NCBI RefSeq assembly: GCF_006345805.1
Contig: NC_043001.1
Span: 19,344,001 to 19,408,000, forward strand
From: Octopus sinensis
Taxonomy: Eukaryota
Direction of reading: 5' to 3'
DNA: 64,000 nt
In this document: piece after piece, positions 26,150 through 38,715 of the stretch
Layout of the letters: each line of letters starts with the position of its first letter
Numbering within the stretch: the stretch's first letter is position 1
The notes under the pieces: generated by a model
Database searches by the model: none
What the model was told of the DNA's origin: nothing
What the model saw: the letters and a program-made list of their open reading frames with translations, nothing else
Made by a program: the position numbers and the translations under genes

Positions 26150-26505
26150 GTTTAACGTCCACTTTCCATGCTAGCATGGGTTGGACGAATGACTGAGGTC
26201 TGGCAAACCAGATGGCTGCACCAGGCTCCAATCTTGATCTGGCAGGAGTTTCTACAGCTGGATGCCCTTCCTATCGCCAACCACTCTTGAGTGTAGTGGG
26301 TGCTTTTACGTGCCACCGGCATGGGGGCCACTCAGGCGGTACTGGCAACGACCTCGCTTGAATGTTTTTTCACGTGCTAGTAAGGCGACGCTGGTAATGA
26401 TCACGTTCGAATGGTGCTCTTTTACGTGCCACTGGCATGGAAGCCAGTTAGCCACTCTGGCAACGATCATGCTCGGATGGTGCTCTTAGTGCCCCACTAG
26501 CACGA
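26150..26505 (-). mobile_element. Family C, reverse orientation
   Basis: Reverse complement of the core; same subfamily variants as 24315-24577. Confidence 0.85.
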
Positions 26506-27450
26506 GCGGAATATCCCTAACCCCTAAGCCACATGACTTCATGAGTTAAACTCCTGGAAACATCAAAGAATGACTGACTACAAACAACAGAGATTATCAC
26601 ACATTCACAGTGAGTGTGCTTAAGTTAACTGAAGAAAATATATATATTGGCAGAATAGATATATCTTTTTTTTTGTTTTTCCTGCTTGGTTATTGTATAA
26701 ATTTACGCATACAATATATAAAATGGCTCAATTCTAAGATTATTTCATTTTATTTCCTATTTTTAAGTTGAGAGAACTTTGGGAAGAAAAAACAAAAAAT
26801 GAAATTCTTAGTTCAAACTTGTTTTATTTTACACACCCTCCGCAAATCTTCCTGCCAGCAACTATATAATGGTTTTAGTATTGTTTACCATCAGGTCAGC
26901 TCCAACTGAGCAGACCTTTGACCAAAAGTGTTCCACATGAGAATATTTCATCCATTTTTACAGAATAGTTTATCTTTAACAACATTATCCATTGTGCTCT
27001 TCTTTGCTATTTCTAGCATGTCATGAGACCGCATAGATACCCACTTAAATACCTTTTGATATGATATAGTCTGTAGCATTGGCAAAATCATTTTTTTTTT
27101 TTAGATAAAGCTACATTTTGTGAACCATCCACAAACGAAAAATAGATGTAAAAATAATCTAGAAGTGAAAAAGAAATCAGCTCACTCCTAAATTTCACAA
27201 ACTGATCAACTTGGTTCAACTAAGTTATTTAACTTATTAGATGATGCAACACCCAATTAAGGAGGAATGAATTCATGGAAGAGTAAATAGTTTACTTTTG
27301 TACAGCAACTTTCCTGAAACTCATTGAAGTTAATACAAACTAGCAGGCTATTCTTTATCATTGCTGCTTTTTCCCCTTCAAATGACTTTCAAAATTACAC
27401 TTACCACACACATCCTAAACAAACAGTTTAATCCGTTCAAACAAAATATT

Positions 27451-27798
27451 AGGTGCAGGAGTGGCTGTGTGGTAAGTAGCTTGCTTACCAACCACATGGT
27501 TCTGGGTTCAGTCCCACTGTGTGGCACCTTGTCTTCTACTATAACCTCAGGCCAACCAAAGCCTTGTGAGTGGATTTGGTAGACAGAAACTGAAAGAAGC
27601 CTGTTATATATTTGTCCCCCCAACATTGCTTGACAACATTGCTGGTGTGCTTACGTCCCCGTAACTTAGCAGTTCGGCAAAAGGATCCGATAGAATAAGT
27701 ACTAGGCTTACAAAGAATAAGTCCTAGGGTTGATTTGCTCGACTAAAGGCGGTGCTCCAGGATGGCCACAGTCAAACGACTGAAACAAGTAAAAGAGT
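27451..27798 (+). mobile_element. SINE family B
   Basis: Near-consensus outside CpG sites; CpGs converted to TpG/CpA. Confidence 0.88.
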
Positions 27799-27924
27799 AT
27801 TAAGTTAGCAGCCACCATCTAACATAGATTTATTCTTCAGAAATACACATACAGTAAGTAAAAAAGTTCATCAACTTTAACTTTCAATATCACACATTTT
27901 CAATAGTTACTGATACACAAAAGC

Positions 27925-27967
<43 letters not shown>

Positions 27968-28811
27968 AACTTATTGTGATACAGAGAGAGAGAGAGAAAG
28001 AGAAGTGTGAGAGAGAGTGTGATACATACATACACACATATACACCAAGAAATGAGATGTTCATGGTTGGAATGCTTTTGACTATAGAATTAATAACAGC
28101 AACAAATTCTACCATCCAGAATTCTCCATCCACCAGCTTCGACTGAATATTAATGGTAGCACAGCATCATTTTATATTCCAGAGTTTGAACACTAAAATT
28201 CTAGCTACCCACATCTGACTGTACAGAACAACTGCAGTCAAGTGCTGAAATTAAATGAAGAGAGTCACACAGATTTGTGAAAGCATATAAAAGTCAACAA
28301 GATCGTGGGCAACAAATTCTATCCTTTTTTCTTTCTTTTTATAACAATAGTTCTCTCAGCTCAAATATATATTGCAGATAAAAAGAAATTTAAGAACCCT
28401 TCTAAATAATTAGTTATAGATGTGAGGAAGTATTCCAACCACATGGTTCCAGACTCACTCCCACTGCATGACAACTTGGGCAAGTGTCTTCTACCATAAC
28501 CACGGGCTGGCTAAAGCCTTGATGGGATTTGGTAAATGGAAAATGAAAGAAGCCCTTTGTATACATATATATATGTTCTCAAGTAATCGATGTATGTGTG
28601 ATCTTTCGTTATTTTTCCCTCTACACCTACATGAATTATTTTTGAGTATACATTGTCTGGGAGACTTTTCTTATAGTAGAGGAAATAGCTAAATTCTTTG
28701 GTTGCTATTTCTAAAAGTTCGGTGTGTGGTAAAGTAAATTTTTTTACTGAACCCTAATTTATAACGTAATGTTTTAAATATCTATCTATATATATATATA
28801 TATATATATAC

Positions 28812-28909
28812 AATATGTTACATTACTCGATAGTCAAGATAAAACTCTGAGTTTCTTCGGCATCTGAAACTCAGAGTTTTATCTTGACTATCGAGTAATG
28901 TAACATATT
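28812..28909. repeat. Perfect 44-bp inverted repeat with 10-nt loop
   Basis: 28812-28855 is the exact reverse complement of 28866-28909; loop ttcggcatct. Confidence 0.97.
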
Positions 28910-28982
28910 ATTGTATAGATAAATTTCCTCTATTTACATAATATTGAGGTCTCTTTCTTTCTTTTGTTATCCTACCGTTTTA

Positions 28983-29036
<54 letters not shown>

Positions 29037-29042
29037 AATATA

Positions 29043-29300
29043 TCTCATCATTATCATCGTTTAACATCCGCTTTCCATGCTGTCATGGGTTGGACAGTTT
29101 GACTGAGGATTGGAAAACCAGGAGGCTGCACCAGGCTCCAGTCTGATTTGGCAAGGTTTCTACAGCTGGATGCCCTTCCTAATGCCAATCACTCTGAGAG
29201 TGTAGTGGGTGCTTTTTACATGCCACTGGCATGGGGGCCAGCCAGGCAGCACTGGAATCGACCACACTCAAACTGGCATGAGAGGAAGCCAGGTGGCACT
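29043..29300 (-). mobile_element. Family C, reverse orientation
   Basis: Reverse complement of the core with (CAT)n. A short + fragment also lies at 39452-39582. Confidence 0.8.
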
Positions 29301-30459
29301 GATATATATACACACACACTCCCACACATATATATTTGTGTGGGTGTCTTTATGTCTGTTCCTTCTCTTGACGACTGGTGCTGGTTTATGTGTTTATGTT
29401 CCTGTAACTTAGCAGCTTGGCAAAAGAAACTGATAGAATAAGCACTAGGCTTAAAAAAAAAATAAGTAACAGGACTGATCCATTCGACCAAAAATTTCTT
29501 GAGGTGGTGTCCCAGCATGGCCACAGTCTAATGACTGAAACAAGTAAAAAAAACAAAAAATCTCTAAAACAATGGAACTGCACTACATACAGAATACAAG
29601 ATATGTTGATTTTTTTTTTTTTTGCTTTTGTTTACATGAAATAAAAATTTATTTTTATTTCAGGTTTTGCTAAATACCATTTTAGTCACCTGTGGTGTGT
29701 GACTAAGAATGATTTTACCTATTTCACAAAGATGATGTTTTTCAAATTCAAGTCAAATGGTCTATGCGATTTAGTCTATAATAGAACCTAACCGTTTCGT
29801 TTATTAATTATGCGTGTAAATATTACGGTAAACCAAATATTCATAAAGAAATCATCGTTACTTTTGACTTCTATAAAAATATTTTTTTCTTCAATTCCAT
29901 TAACTACTCAAAATTGAAATTTTAAAATCATTATTTCATCGATTTCAAAATCACCAGACAACACACACACACACACACACACACGCATGCATATTACATA
30001 CACATACACGTCTAGCCTTGCGAAAACAGTACTGAAAATGATTTCATCTACATATGGATACATCGAAAACCTTGTGACTAGAAGAAAAATCAATAAAATC
30101 ACATTAACATAATCTACGTCACTCAGATACAACTTACTCGAATTTATATCAGAAATATCGTACATTATCTACAAGACAAGTCAAGTGATATAAAAACTAC
30201 TACAAAAATCATATTTAGCAAATATCAAATGTACAAAATATATATATATCACATTAAATCTACACAAAATATTGATTGATTTTTCTTACCATTCTACTAC
30301 GCTGCTTTAGAGTCCATTCATAAAAATTCATTCATACATTTTCCATTCACAAATTCATCACATGATCAACCCCAAGGTCGTGGTAGAAAGGCTCACAGAT
30401 ACAGAAACAAATTTAGGAGTTACCATACACGGACACATACATAAATGCTTATTTTTTCT

Positions 30460-30710
30460 ATATAGATTTATATATAGATACATACACACAAATATGCACA
30501 TATACATAGGTATGTGTATATACATAAATATATTGATACATACAAATAAATACACCCACACATATCTATATAGATATATACATATACACACATATATATA
30601 TACATATAAACATACATACATACACATACATATACAAATATATATATGCTTATATATACATACATGTGTATATACAAATATATATATATATATGTGTGTA
30701 TATATATAAA

Positions 30711-30744
<34 letters not shown>

Positions 30745-30810
30745 CATATATATAAATACATACATACATATATATAAATACATACATACACATATATATA
30801 TATATATATA
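30460..30810. repeat. Compound TA/CA microsatellite
   Basis: Visible dinucleotide arrays; a second block lies at 31312-31520. Confidence 0.95.
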
Positions 30811-31311
30811 AAACTGTAGTTGTGTGAGTGTCTGTCCCCTTCGATTTAGATTCCTAACTACTCCCACATTTTGCGGTGCAGTTTAACCAAATTCAGGTAT
30901 CTTATAGTCGTGATTCATATCGAGCCCGTCTTAGTATTAGCGCGCGTCTACGATGAGTCTACGATTTTAAAAATAATTTAACATCATTTTTTATTCCATT
31001 TTAATGCATAATTTTTCGTGTGTCGATGGCGGCGGAGTTGGCGTCCACGGTCACACCTGCACCTGTTTGCTTCTCCCCCTTCTTCCCTCCCTCGTGAAGC
31101 TGTGGGGAAGGGAGTTTAAGGAAATCAACGTCGTAAAGCGTTGTCAAGGAGACCAGCGTTCTTTTAGAACAACGACTTCATGGCTTGAAGACACCAAAAC
31201 AGAAATGGCTAAGAAAGCCCGAATTGGCATCTATAAGGGAAGTAACTCTCTAAAAATGCTTATATAGTTATTTCCCTTACAAACCCGAGCAACGCCGGGC
31301 GATACTGCTAG
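30806..31311 (+). mobile_element. Non-autonomous Helitron embedded in (TA)n
   Basis: 3' hairpin cccgagcaacgccggg, then CTAG|T at 31308-31312. Homologous to 42727-43118 but has an extra middle section of about 220 bp. Confidence 0.75.
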
Positions 31312-31446
31312 TATATATATATATATATATATAAATACATACATATACATAAATATATACATATAAATACATACATATACATATACATATAAATACATAC
31401 ATATATATATAAATACATACATATACATATATATATAAATACATAC

Positions 31447-31501
<55 letters not shown>

Positions 31502-33125
31502 TATATGTATGTATGTATGTATGTTAGTATATTTACATCCATGTAACTTAGTAGTTCGGCAAATGAGATTGATAGATTAAGTACAGGCTTTAAAAAAAAG
31601 TACTGGGGTCGATTCATTTGAATAAAAATCCCTCAAGGTGGTGCCCCAGCATGTTCGCACCCTAATGACTGAAACAAGTAAAAGTTAAAAAAATATGCTG
31701 CAAGTCAACTTGTGATTAAGTAAGACCATTTCCTAAACTCATTAAGTCCACGCAAACATTCCAAGGGTCCAAGGGGTTTCTGTGCATGAATTCGTTTGTG
31801 CGGATGAAGTGTTGCACGGCACCAAACTCACTTTCTGATGCAATCAGCTATAAAACCGGTGGCAAAACAGAAGTTGAGACGACCAGAAACCAACTGCCCT
31901 TCAGGTTTTGGGGTTTTTATTTTATAAAAGTTAAACTATTCCTAGAAGGAAGTTCTAATGAAACTAGGGATCCTTCATTCCCAGTAGTCCACATATTAAT
32001 AAAATTAACCCATAGCTATGACCCTAAATGGTGTTACTACACCAGGTCAGAGTAGATCTGGGATTAACAAAGGCTAGGAGATGGTTGCACACTCCTAAAA
32101 ATCATAGCATGGCCATGTGCTCATGTCTTCTAGTATAGCAACAAAATCCTTGTGAGTGGGCTTGGAAGACAGAAACTGTGCTGAAGACTGTCATGTGGGC
32201 ATGTGTGTGTGTGTGTATGTGCACACCCCCATTAAAATAAAAACTGTGATCAATGTAACTGGCTAAAAAACTCAAGACTCTGCCCCAGCACAATAACTGA
32301 GGTCAAGAACAAAAGGATACACATATACCCACACACAATACTTAGATATGACGACCGTCAACTTGTCCGAGTATAATTACTTCTTGGAGGGTTGTAAATT
32401 GTTTGGAGGCTACCATAGAAGCCTGAAAACAAAGGAGAATTGGTAGCCAATGGGTTGATGGCCAATTCTTGAAATAGGTTAACTCTACTCATACCCGTTG
32501 CTAGGTCCTTCCTAATTAACAGGTAAGTAGTGCTACCTCTGGAAAGGGTTGCAGAATCAGAAGCAACCAATGTCTCAAGCTATTTTGCAGTAGGTTTGCA
32601 ATAACTTACTTCCAGTTAGTCATTACAAGGTTTTTCTCCATCATGGGTTTTCCAAGAAGTTCCTGTGCATGAAATTGGTTAATGTAAGGTATGCACTGAA
32701 CTCTGCTGATTTTTGAAGCTAGAAAAGCAGTTCTGGTGGCTGGAATAATCAGAAGCTAAACAATTGTCTGGTTTCACATCAAAGTATTCTTTCCCCAGCT
32801 AAATATTCAAACAAGACCACTCCTAAGTGGTTTTTTGGCATCATCATTCACCATCACAGGTATGTGTGCCCAAACAATTGCTAGAAAGTTTCGGATCCTA
32901 TGCTAGGTCCTTCCCTGTTTTTGATAGGTAGTGTCCTAGTTTTTCTTGCAATACTCCTGTCATGCAGGAAGGTGGGGAGACAGATTGGTCACTGACAGCT
33001 GGACCATGACACACTGTACTGGACATGTTACCATACATGAACATGTGTGTGTGTGTACACATAAATACACATCCATATGTAAGCACACATACATGTTTGT
33101 GTGTGTGTGTGTGTGTATATATATA

Positions 33126-33353
33126 AGGCGAGCTGCCAGAAACGTTAGCACGCTGGGCGAAATGTTTAGCGGTATTTCGTCTGCCGCTAAGTTCTGGGTT
33201 CAAATTCCGCCGAGGTCGACTTTGCCTTTCATCCTTTCAGAGTCCATTAAATAAGTACCAGTTATGCACTGGGGTCAATATAAACGACTTAATCCATTTG
33301 TCTGTCCTTGTTTGTCCCCTCTGTGTGTAGCCCCTTGTGGGCAGTAAAGAAAT
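33126..33353 (+). mobile_element. SINE family A
   Basis: aggcgagctgccagaaacgttagc...gttcaaattcc...agtaaagaaat. Confidence 0.9.
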
Positions 33354-33357
33354 AATA

Positions 33358-33399
<42 letters not shown>

Positions 33400-33934
33400 C
33401 AAAGATGGATTCTTGTTTTGCATGACAATGAGAACTTCAAAAGACTCAACTGTAATTACTCTGCAGGTATGGCAACTGACTGACTTGGTTGGCTGCAAAT
33501 TCCTTTTCATTGGCAACGAATCCCACTTGCACTCCCAATGTGCTACAAGTGATCCAGAAGCTTTGGGACTCGCTTAGTTCTAACTTCAGAACAAACTGCA
33601 AGAATTGCTACAACAGACCATTTTAAACCAGCCAGAAAGGTGTGGGTATACCAGTGATCACCGTAGGTTGCCTAAGATAACAAGAGAACATTTGTAGCTT
33701 TATTGCAAACTGGCGCCTTTGCATATACTGTGTCAATACTGAAGCAACACTTTGTGCGTATCATTTTGCCAATGTTTTGTCATAGGGAGGCTATCCCAAT
33801 ATGTAATACACACACACAAAAAGTTAACTTTACAGACTCTTTACAAGAAATTAACTCTTAATTCACCATACTTATGGAGATGAAACATTTTCAAAATGGC
33901 CTCAATTTAGTTGTCTGACCTTGCACAAAAACGT

Positions 33935-34074
33935 GTGTGTGTATATATATATATGTACGTATGTATGTATGTATAGTATATATATGTATGTATATATGTA
34001 TATATATGTATGTATATATATATATATGTATGTATGTATGTATATATATATGTATGTATGTATATATATATATG

Positions 34075-34119
<45 letters not shown>

Positions 34120-34166
34120 ATGTATATATATATGTATGTATATATATATATGTATGTATATGTATG

Positions 34167-34206
<40 letters not shown>

Positions 34207-34314
34207 TATGGATGTATGTATGTATATATATATATATGTATGTATATATATATATATATGTATGTATATATATATATATGTATGTATATATATATATATG
34301 TATATATATATATG

Positions 34315-34387
<73 letters not shown>

Positions 34388-34455
34388 ATATATATGTGTG
34401 TATGTATTATGTATATATATATATATATATATATATACATACATATACATGCGCA
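33935..34455. repeat. Compound (TA)n/(TATG)n microsatellite
   Basis: Visible array; source of several artefactual YI-rich ORFs. Confidence 0.97.
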
Positions 34456-35225
34456 TACATAGATGAAATTCCATTATAACAAAGCTGATGAGGTATGAAA
34501 AACTTCACAATAATGAGACTGCCAGAAGAAATCAAAGATATTTTTATTCAAGCAGTACACAAGAATAGACATTTAATGAAACATTTCTTTGGACCACACT
34601 CCACAATTTATTTTAAAATGTATTGTTCTCTACATTCTTACACACGGTAACAGAAAAATCAATTGTGATTCTTCATTAATTATATTTATTTTGACTTATG
34701 TACTCCAATAATATGTATTAAATTGTTTTATTATAAATTTTATATTATATACATTGTTCATGCCCCCACTTGATATTTCTATATTGTTTGTACGTCTAAC
34801 TTTGTAACTATTGTCAAAGACTATCAATGACCAAGTAATTGAAGAAGCCAAAAAATTCTCTGCTCTTTTCTATAGAACTAAAGTTGACTGATATTGCTGT
34901 TTGCTACCAGTTACAAGTCTTTGTGTAATAAATGTTCATTGAAACTATTGAAGATTAATTGCTCTTCTGTAAGTCTCCACAGACCATGAACCAAGTCAGC
35001 CAATGTCATGGAAATTTTTTAGGGCGAATGGTCTTGATGAAAGAAATTCTAATGTAATTGATGAAATGCACATGCCATGCTAGGTTTAAAAAAAAACACG
35101 ATTTCAAATGTTGGTGGTAAAAAAGTGATCTGCAAAAGTAATATGTATACATTGCATATACACTGGAAAGCCCTGTCTGTTCAGACATTAACAAGGGATT
35201 TGAATGCTATCGTTAAAAAGGGTCA

Positions 35226-35453
35226 TTAACCCTCTCGTTACTGTATTTATTTTGAGATGCTCTGTGTTTCTTTCAATTATTTTAAATATAACAAAGAATT
35301 TAGTAAAATAACTTAGTTATCATTCAGCTAGTGTTAGAAACATAAATTGTTACTAAGGTTTGGTGGAGGATTTTAATTTAGAACTTATGAAAAAAAACAT
35401 TTGTACTACAGAGCCAGAGCCAGTTTCAGCCGGGTTGGTAACGAAAGGGTTAA
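35226..35453. mobile_element. piggyBac-type MITE, family P2
   Basis: TTAA-CCCTCTCGTTAC...GTAACGAAAGGG-TTAA. Reverse orientation relative to the copies at 38240 and 38489. Confidence 0.8.
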
Positions 35454-35940
35454 GGTCACTGTGTCAGACTGTCAGCTCTAAATACAAGGATCTCTTGGAA
35501 AAGACATTTCTTGGAAAAGACATTGGAATCGTTAACATTTTTGAAGAATTGCAGCTTCCTTAACAAGGAAAGAGTGTAAATCTTTACATGAAGGCAAAAA
35601 TTATATTCCAAGAAAAGATGGCTCTTTAGACACAAAGGTTCCAAATGGGAAATTACAATTCCTAAATCAAAGTTCCCTTACTGAAAACAACCACAAAAAA
35701 ATCCATAGAGAAATCATTGAGCATTTAGAAAAGCTGAAAGAAGAGTGTGGTACTGTTTTCCTGAGCTGACCAAAGAGAATGACCTTGATGATCAACACAA
35801 TTCCACAACTAATTCCAGAGGAATTTTTGGGAATCCAAGAATGATCATTTGCACAATTTCTCTGCCACAGGTGTTTTATCCTCACATATCAAAAAACTAT
35901 TCTGGTGTTACCAATCATGCATTCCATAGGCATTAAAATA
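35454..35940 (+). pseudogene. Possible decayed hAT (Buster/Charlie-like) transposase fragment
   Basis: Frame-broken IVNIFEELQLP*QGKSVNL resembles the L.DIF..LN.LN..LQGK motif. Confidence 0.35.
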
Positions 35941-37189
35941 TTTTTGTAAATGTGGCTTTTAAAGTATATAAATCATTTAGTTGTTGAAAATGATCCACAC
36001 AGTACCTTTAGTGATGATTCAATAATAGGAAAATGATGAAATACTAGCCACAAATTGCATTTAAAAATCATCTGCTACATATTACAGTAGAATTAAACAT
36101 CAAAGTTTAATAGTATATGTTCATGAATTCGCTTATTTTTCATTAGGTTTCACTATTTGATGTTAAACTGATTTCATTCTGTTTAATTTTTGGTCTCACT
36201 TTATTGATTGTGCACAAATGGTTTAACAAATATTCAGTAAATCAAAATAGACCACAATAAGTAACTAGTAGAGAACTACTGAGTAAGAGAGATACAAGTT
36301 GATGTTGAACACTTCTTCAGAGCGTAAGCTGAGATCTTAGCAACACCTGTAGCTGATTTGTGTTTAATTCTAATTTTATGATTAAGGTGTATGTATGTGA
36401 TGGATGCTGCGTGGCCTAATGGTTAAGATGCTTGTGTCACAACCAATTGTACAGATGCTAATGTACAGCATCAGAACAAACAACTTTTCCCATAGCCTCA
36501 GGCCAACCCAAATCTCAAGAGATTGGGTAGACAGAAACTGGATAGATTGTATCCAAATTGTCATATTGTAATTGATTCTGCTTGAGAAGTGTTAAAGGTA
36601 AACATTTTACGTGGAATGCTCAGCCAGTTACATGCTAATCCAATGAGTAATTAGTCCAGTTGACCAAACAACCAAATGGAGAGCCATTATATATAGGTGT
36701 GTGCATGTACATACAATTATAAGCTTAAAGATACACTGATTGTACAAAGGAAGGTATCACCAAAAGCCTTTTATTTTTTTCAACATTTCCCATCTCAGCT
36801 TTCAAAATTTACCCTCTTTGAAACTTTGACCAATAGTTTCTTGAGTTGCCTTTTATATTCTTCTTTTTCTGTCTTCTTCCATCCTTCCTTTTGTATTCAT
36901 TTTTTTTTTTTTACCTTCTTTCTTTTGTATTCATATTCTTTAATCATGAAATACTTCTTCCCAAATTGTAAAGCTCTTACTCTTTGATACTCCTCTTCCA
37001 CATCTTTTATCTATTTTTGGCCTTTTTTTTTTAATAGGAGATTACTACATTTGCCTGTGTAGACCATCACTACTCAACTCTTTACTATTTGGTATAGATT
37101 TCTTGCTTATCACCACAGCTGTTGGATTTAACTACAAATACGCACAATACAAGTGTATTTTAGTTATTCAAGAAAACTAGAAAGAAAAC

Positions 37190-37780
37190 ATCAACTAGAA
37201 GTAAATGCAATGGTGTGAAAATGTGTGGGCAAAAAGGACTGTTGAATGTTAAATTTGGTGTCTGACAAAGGCTTGTAGCAATAGAAAAATTCATCTACAT
37301 TGTAAAAGCATTATCACAAAGTCAACAGTAGGAACAATAAATGACAATAAACACAAAATTAGGTCAAATGCTCAAGCAGCTAATTCATTAACTGCTTGGA
37401 CATTGACACAGTGCCAAGTGTAATATTTCCAACAGATTATTGATCCTTTAAGACAATGCACCAAGCCACCTAGTAAATACAAATTAGGTTTCAGATAATA
37501 CGTGAGTAAACTATATCCTCAAGAACATAAATATTTCGCTACAGTCAATGGATCAAGGTGTGAATGCTAACTTCAAGACATACCATCTAAGAACTTTGAA
37601 CCAATTAAAAAGACAAAAAAAAAAATTAATTGAATTGGAAGATTTACATACAGTTAAAGACTTCTGGAAAGTTCAACATTATGGATGGTTGGATAACACA
37701 GCCACAGAGTCAAAAAGATGAGATGGAGTGAAACCCACAGTTCTGAACATGTTTGGAAAACTATATGGCCTGTCTGTATA
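37190..37780 (+). pseudogene. Decayed Tigger/pogo DDE transposase fragment
   Basis: LLIL..DNAPSH (about 37437-37470), LQSMDQGVNANFKTYHLR (about 37540-37595) and VKDFWK motifs, with frameshifts. Confidence 0.7.
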
Positions 37781-38239
37781 GGTAACCTTAGATGTTTTCT
37801 ACAAGCAGAAAGTCTATTTGAAATTCATCAAATTATACGACATTAATAAATGATGTATGGCTTCAAGAAGTTGTGGTTGAGTTATTAGAATCCTGTAGAC
37901 AGTCTATTTAAAGAGGAGCTGATTCTGTTGCAATGCAGCCAGCAGCCATTTGTATGCATGTGATCACATAACCACATGACCAACCAGACTATCAGATGGT
38001 CAAAATGTGCTTTGCATCGTTTTAGCCTTCACTGGCCAGGCAAGCAGACCAACATTCCCCCACTGATCAAAAGAGGGACTGGAGCAATGTGAAATGAAAT
38101 GTTTTGCCCAAGAATGCAACACACACCCCAGTCTGGGAATCAAACCCACAATTTAGCAAATCAAGAGTGCAACAGCCTAAACACTAGATCACCTTCACCT
38201 GTATGCATAGATGAATATTTATACACATATATTTGTTTT

Positions 38240-38715
38240 TTAACCCTTTCGTTACCAACCTGGCTGAAACCGGCTCTGGCTCTGAGTACAAATGTCTTGT
38301 TTTTCATAAGTTTTGAATTAAAATCTGCCACCAAACTTTAGTCACAATTTATGCTCCTAACACTAGCTGAATGATAAGTTATTTTACTAAATTCTTTGTT
38401 ATATTTAAAATTAATTGAAAGAAACACTGAGCATCTCAACAGAAATATAGTCGCAAAAAGGTTAAAATATATGATAGAAAAATAATTCTTAACCCTTTCA
38501 TTATCAACCCGGCTGAAACTGGTTCTGGCTCTGAGTACAAATGTCTTGTTTTCATAAGTTTTGAATGAAAATCTTCCACCAAACCTTAGTCACAATTTAT
38601 CTAGTCACATCTAGCTGAATGATAACTCAGTTATTTTACTAAATTCTTTGTTATATTTAAGTAACTGAAAGAAACACAGAGCATCTCAAAATAAATACAG
38701 TAACAAAAGGGTTAA
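38240..38715. mobile_element. Two tandem piggyBac-type MITEs, family P2 (38240-38465 and 38489-38715)
   Basis: Each has TTAA-CCCTTTC...AGG(G)-TTAA termini and the same roughly 220-bp body, 23 bp apart. Confidence 0.8.

Noticed and set aside
31700-33850. GC-richer unique-looking stretches in intron 1 as hidden exons
   Set aside because: Exon 1 joins exon 2 in frame without them and no motif was recognised; probably old decayed TEs.
33902-34479. Long YI/VC/HT-rich ORFs here and at 12386-13319, 30358-31617 and 60285-63044
   Set aside because: They are translations of dinucleotide and tetranucleotide microsatellites.
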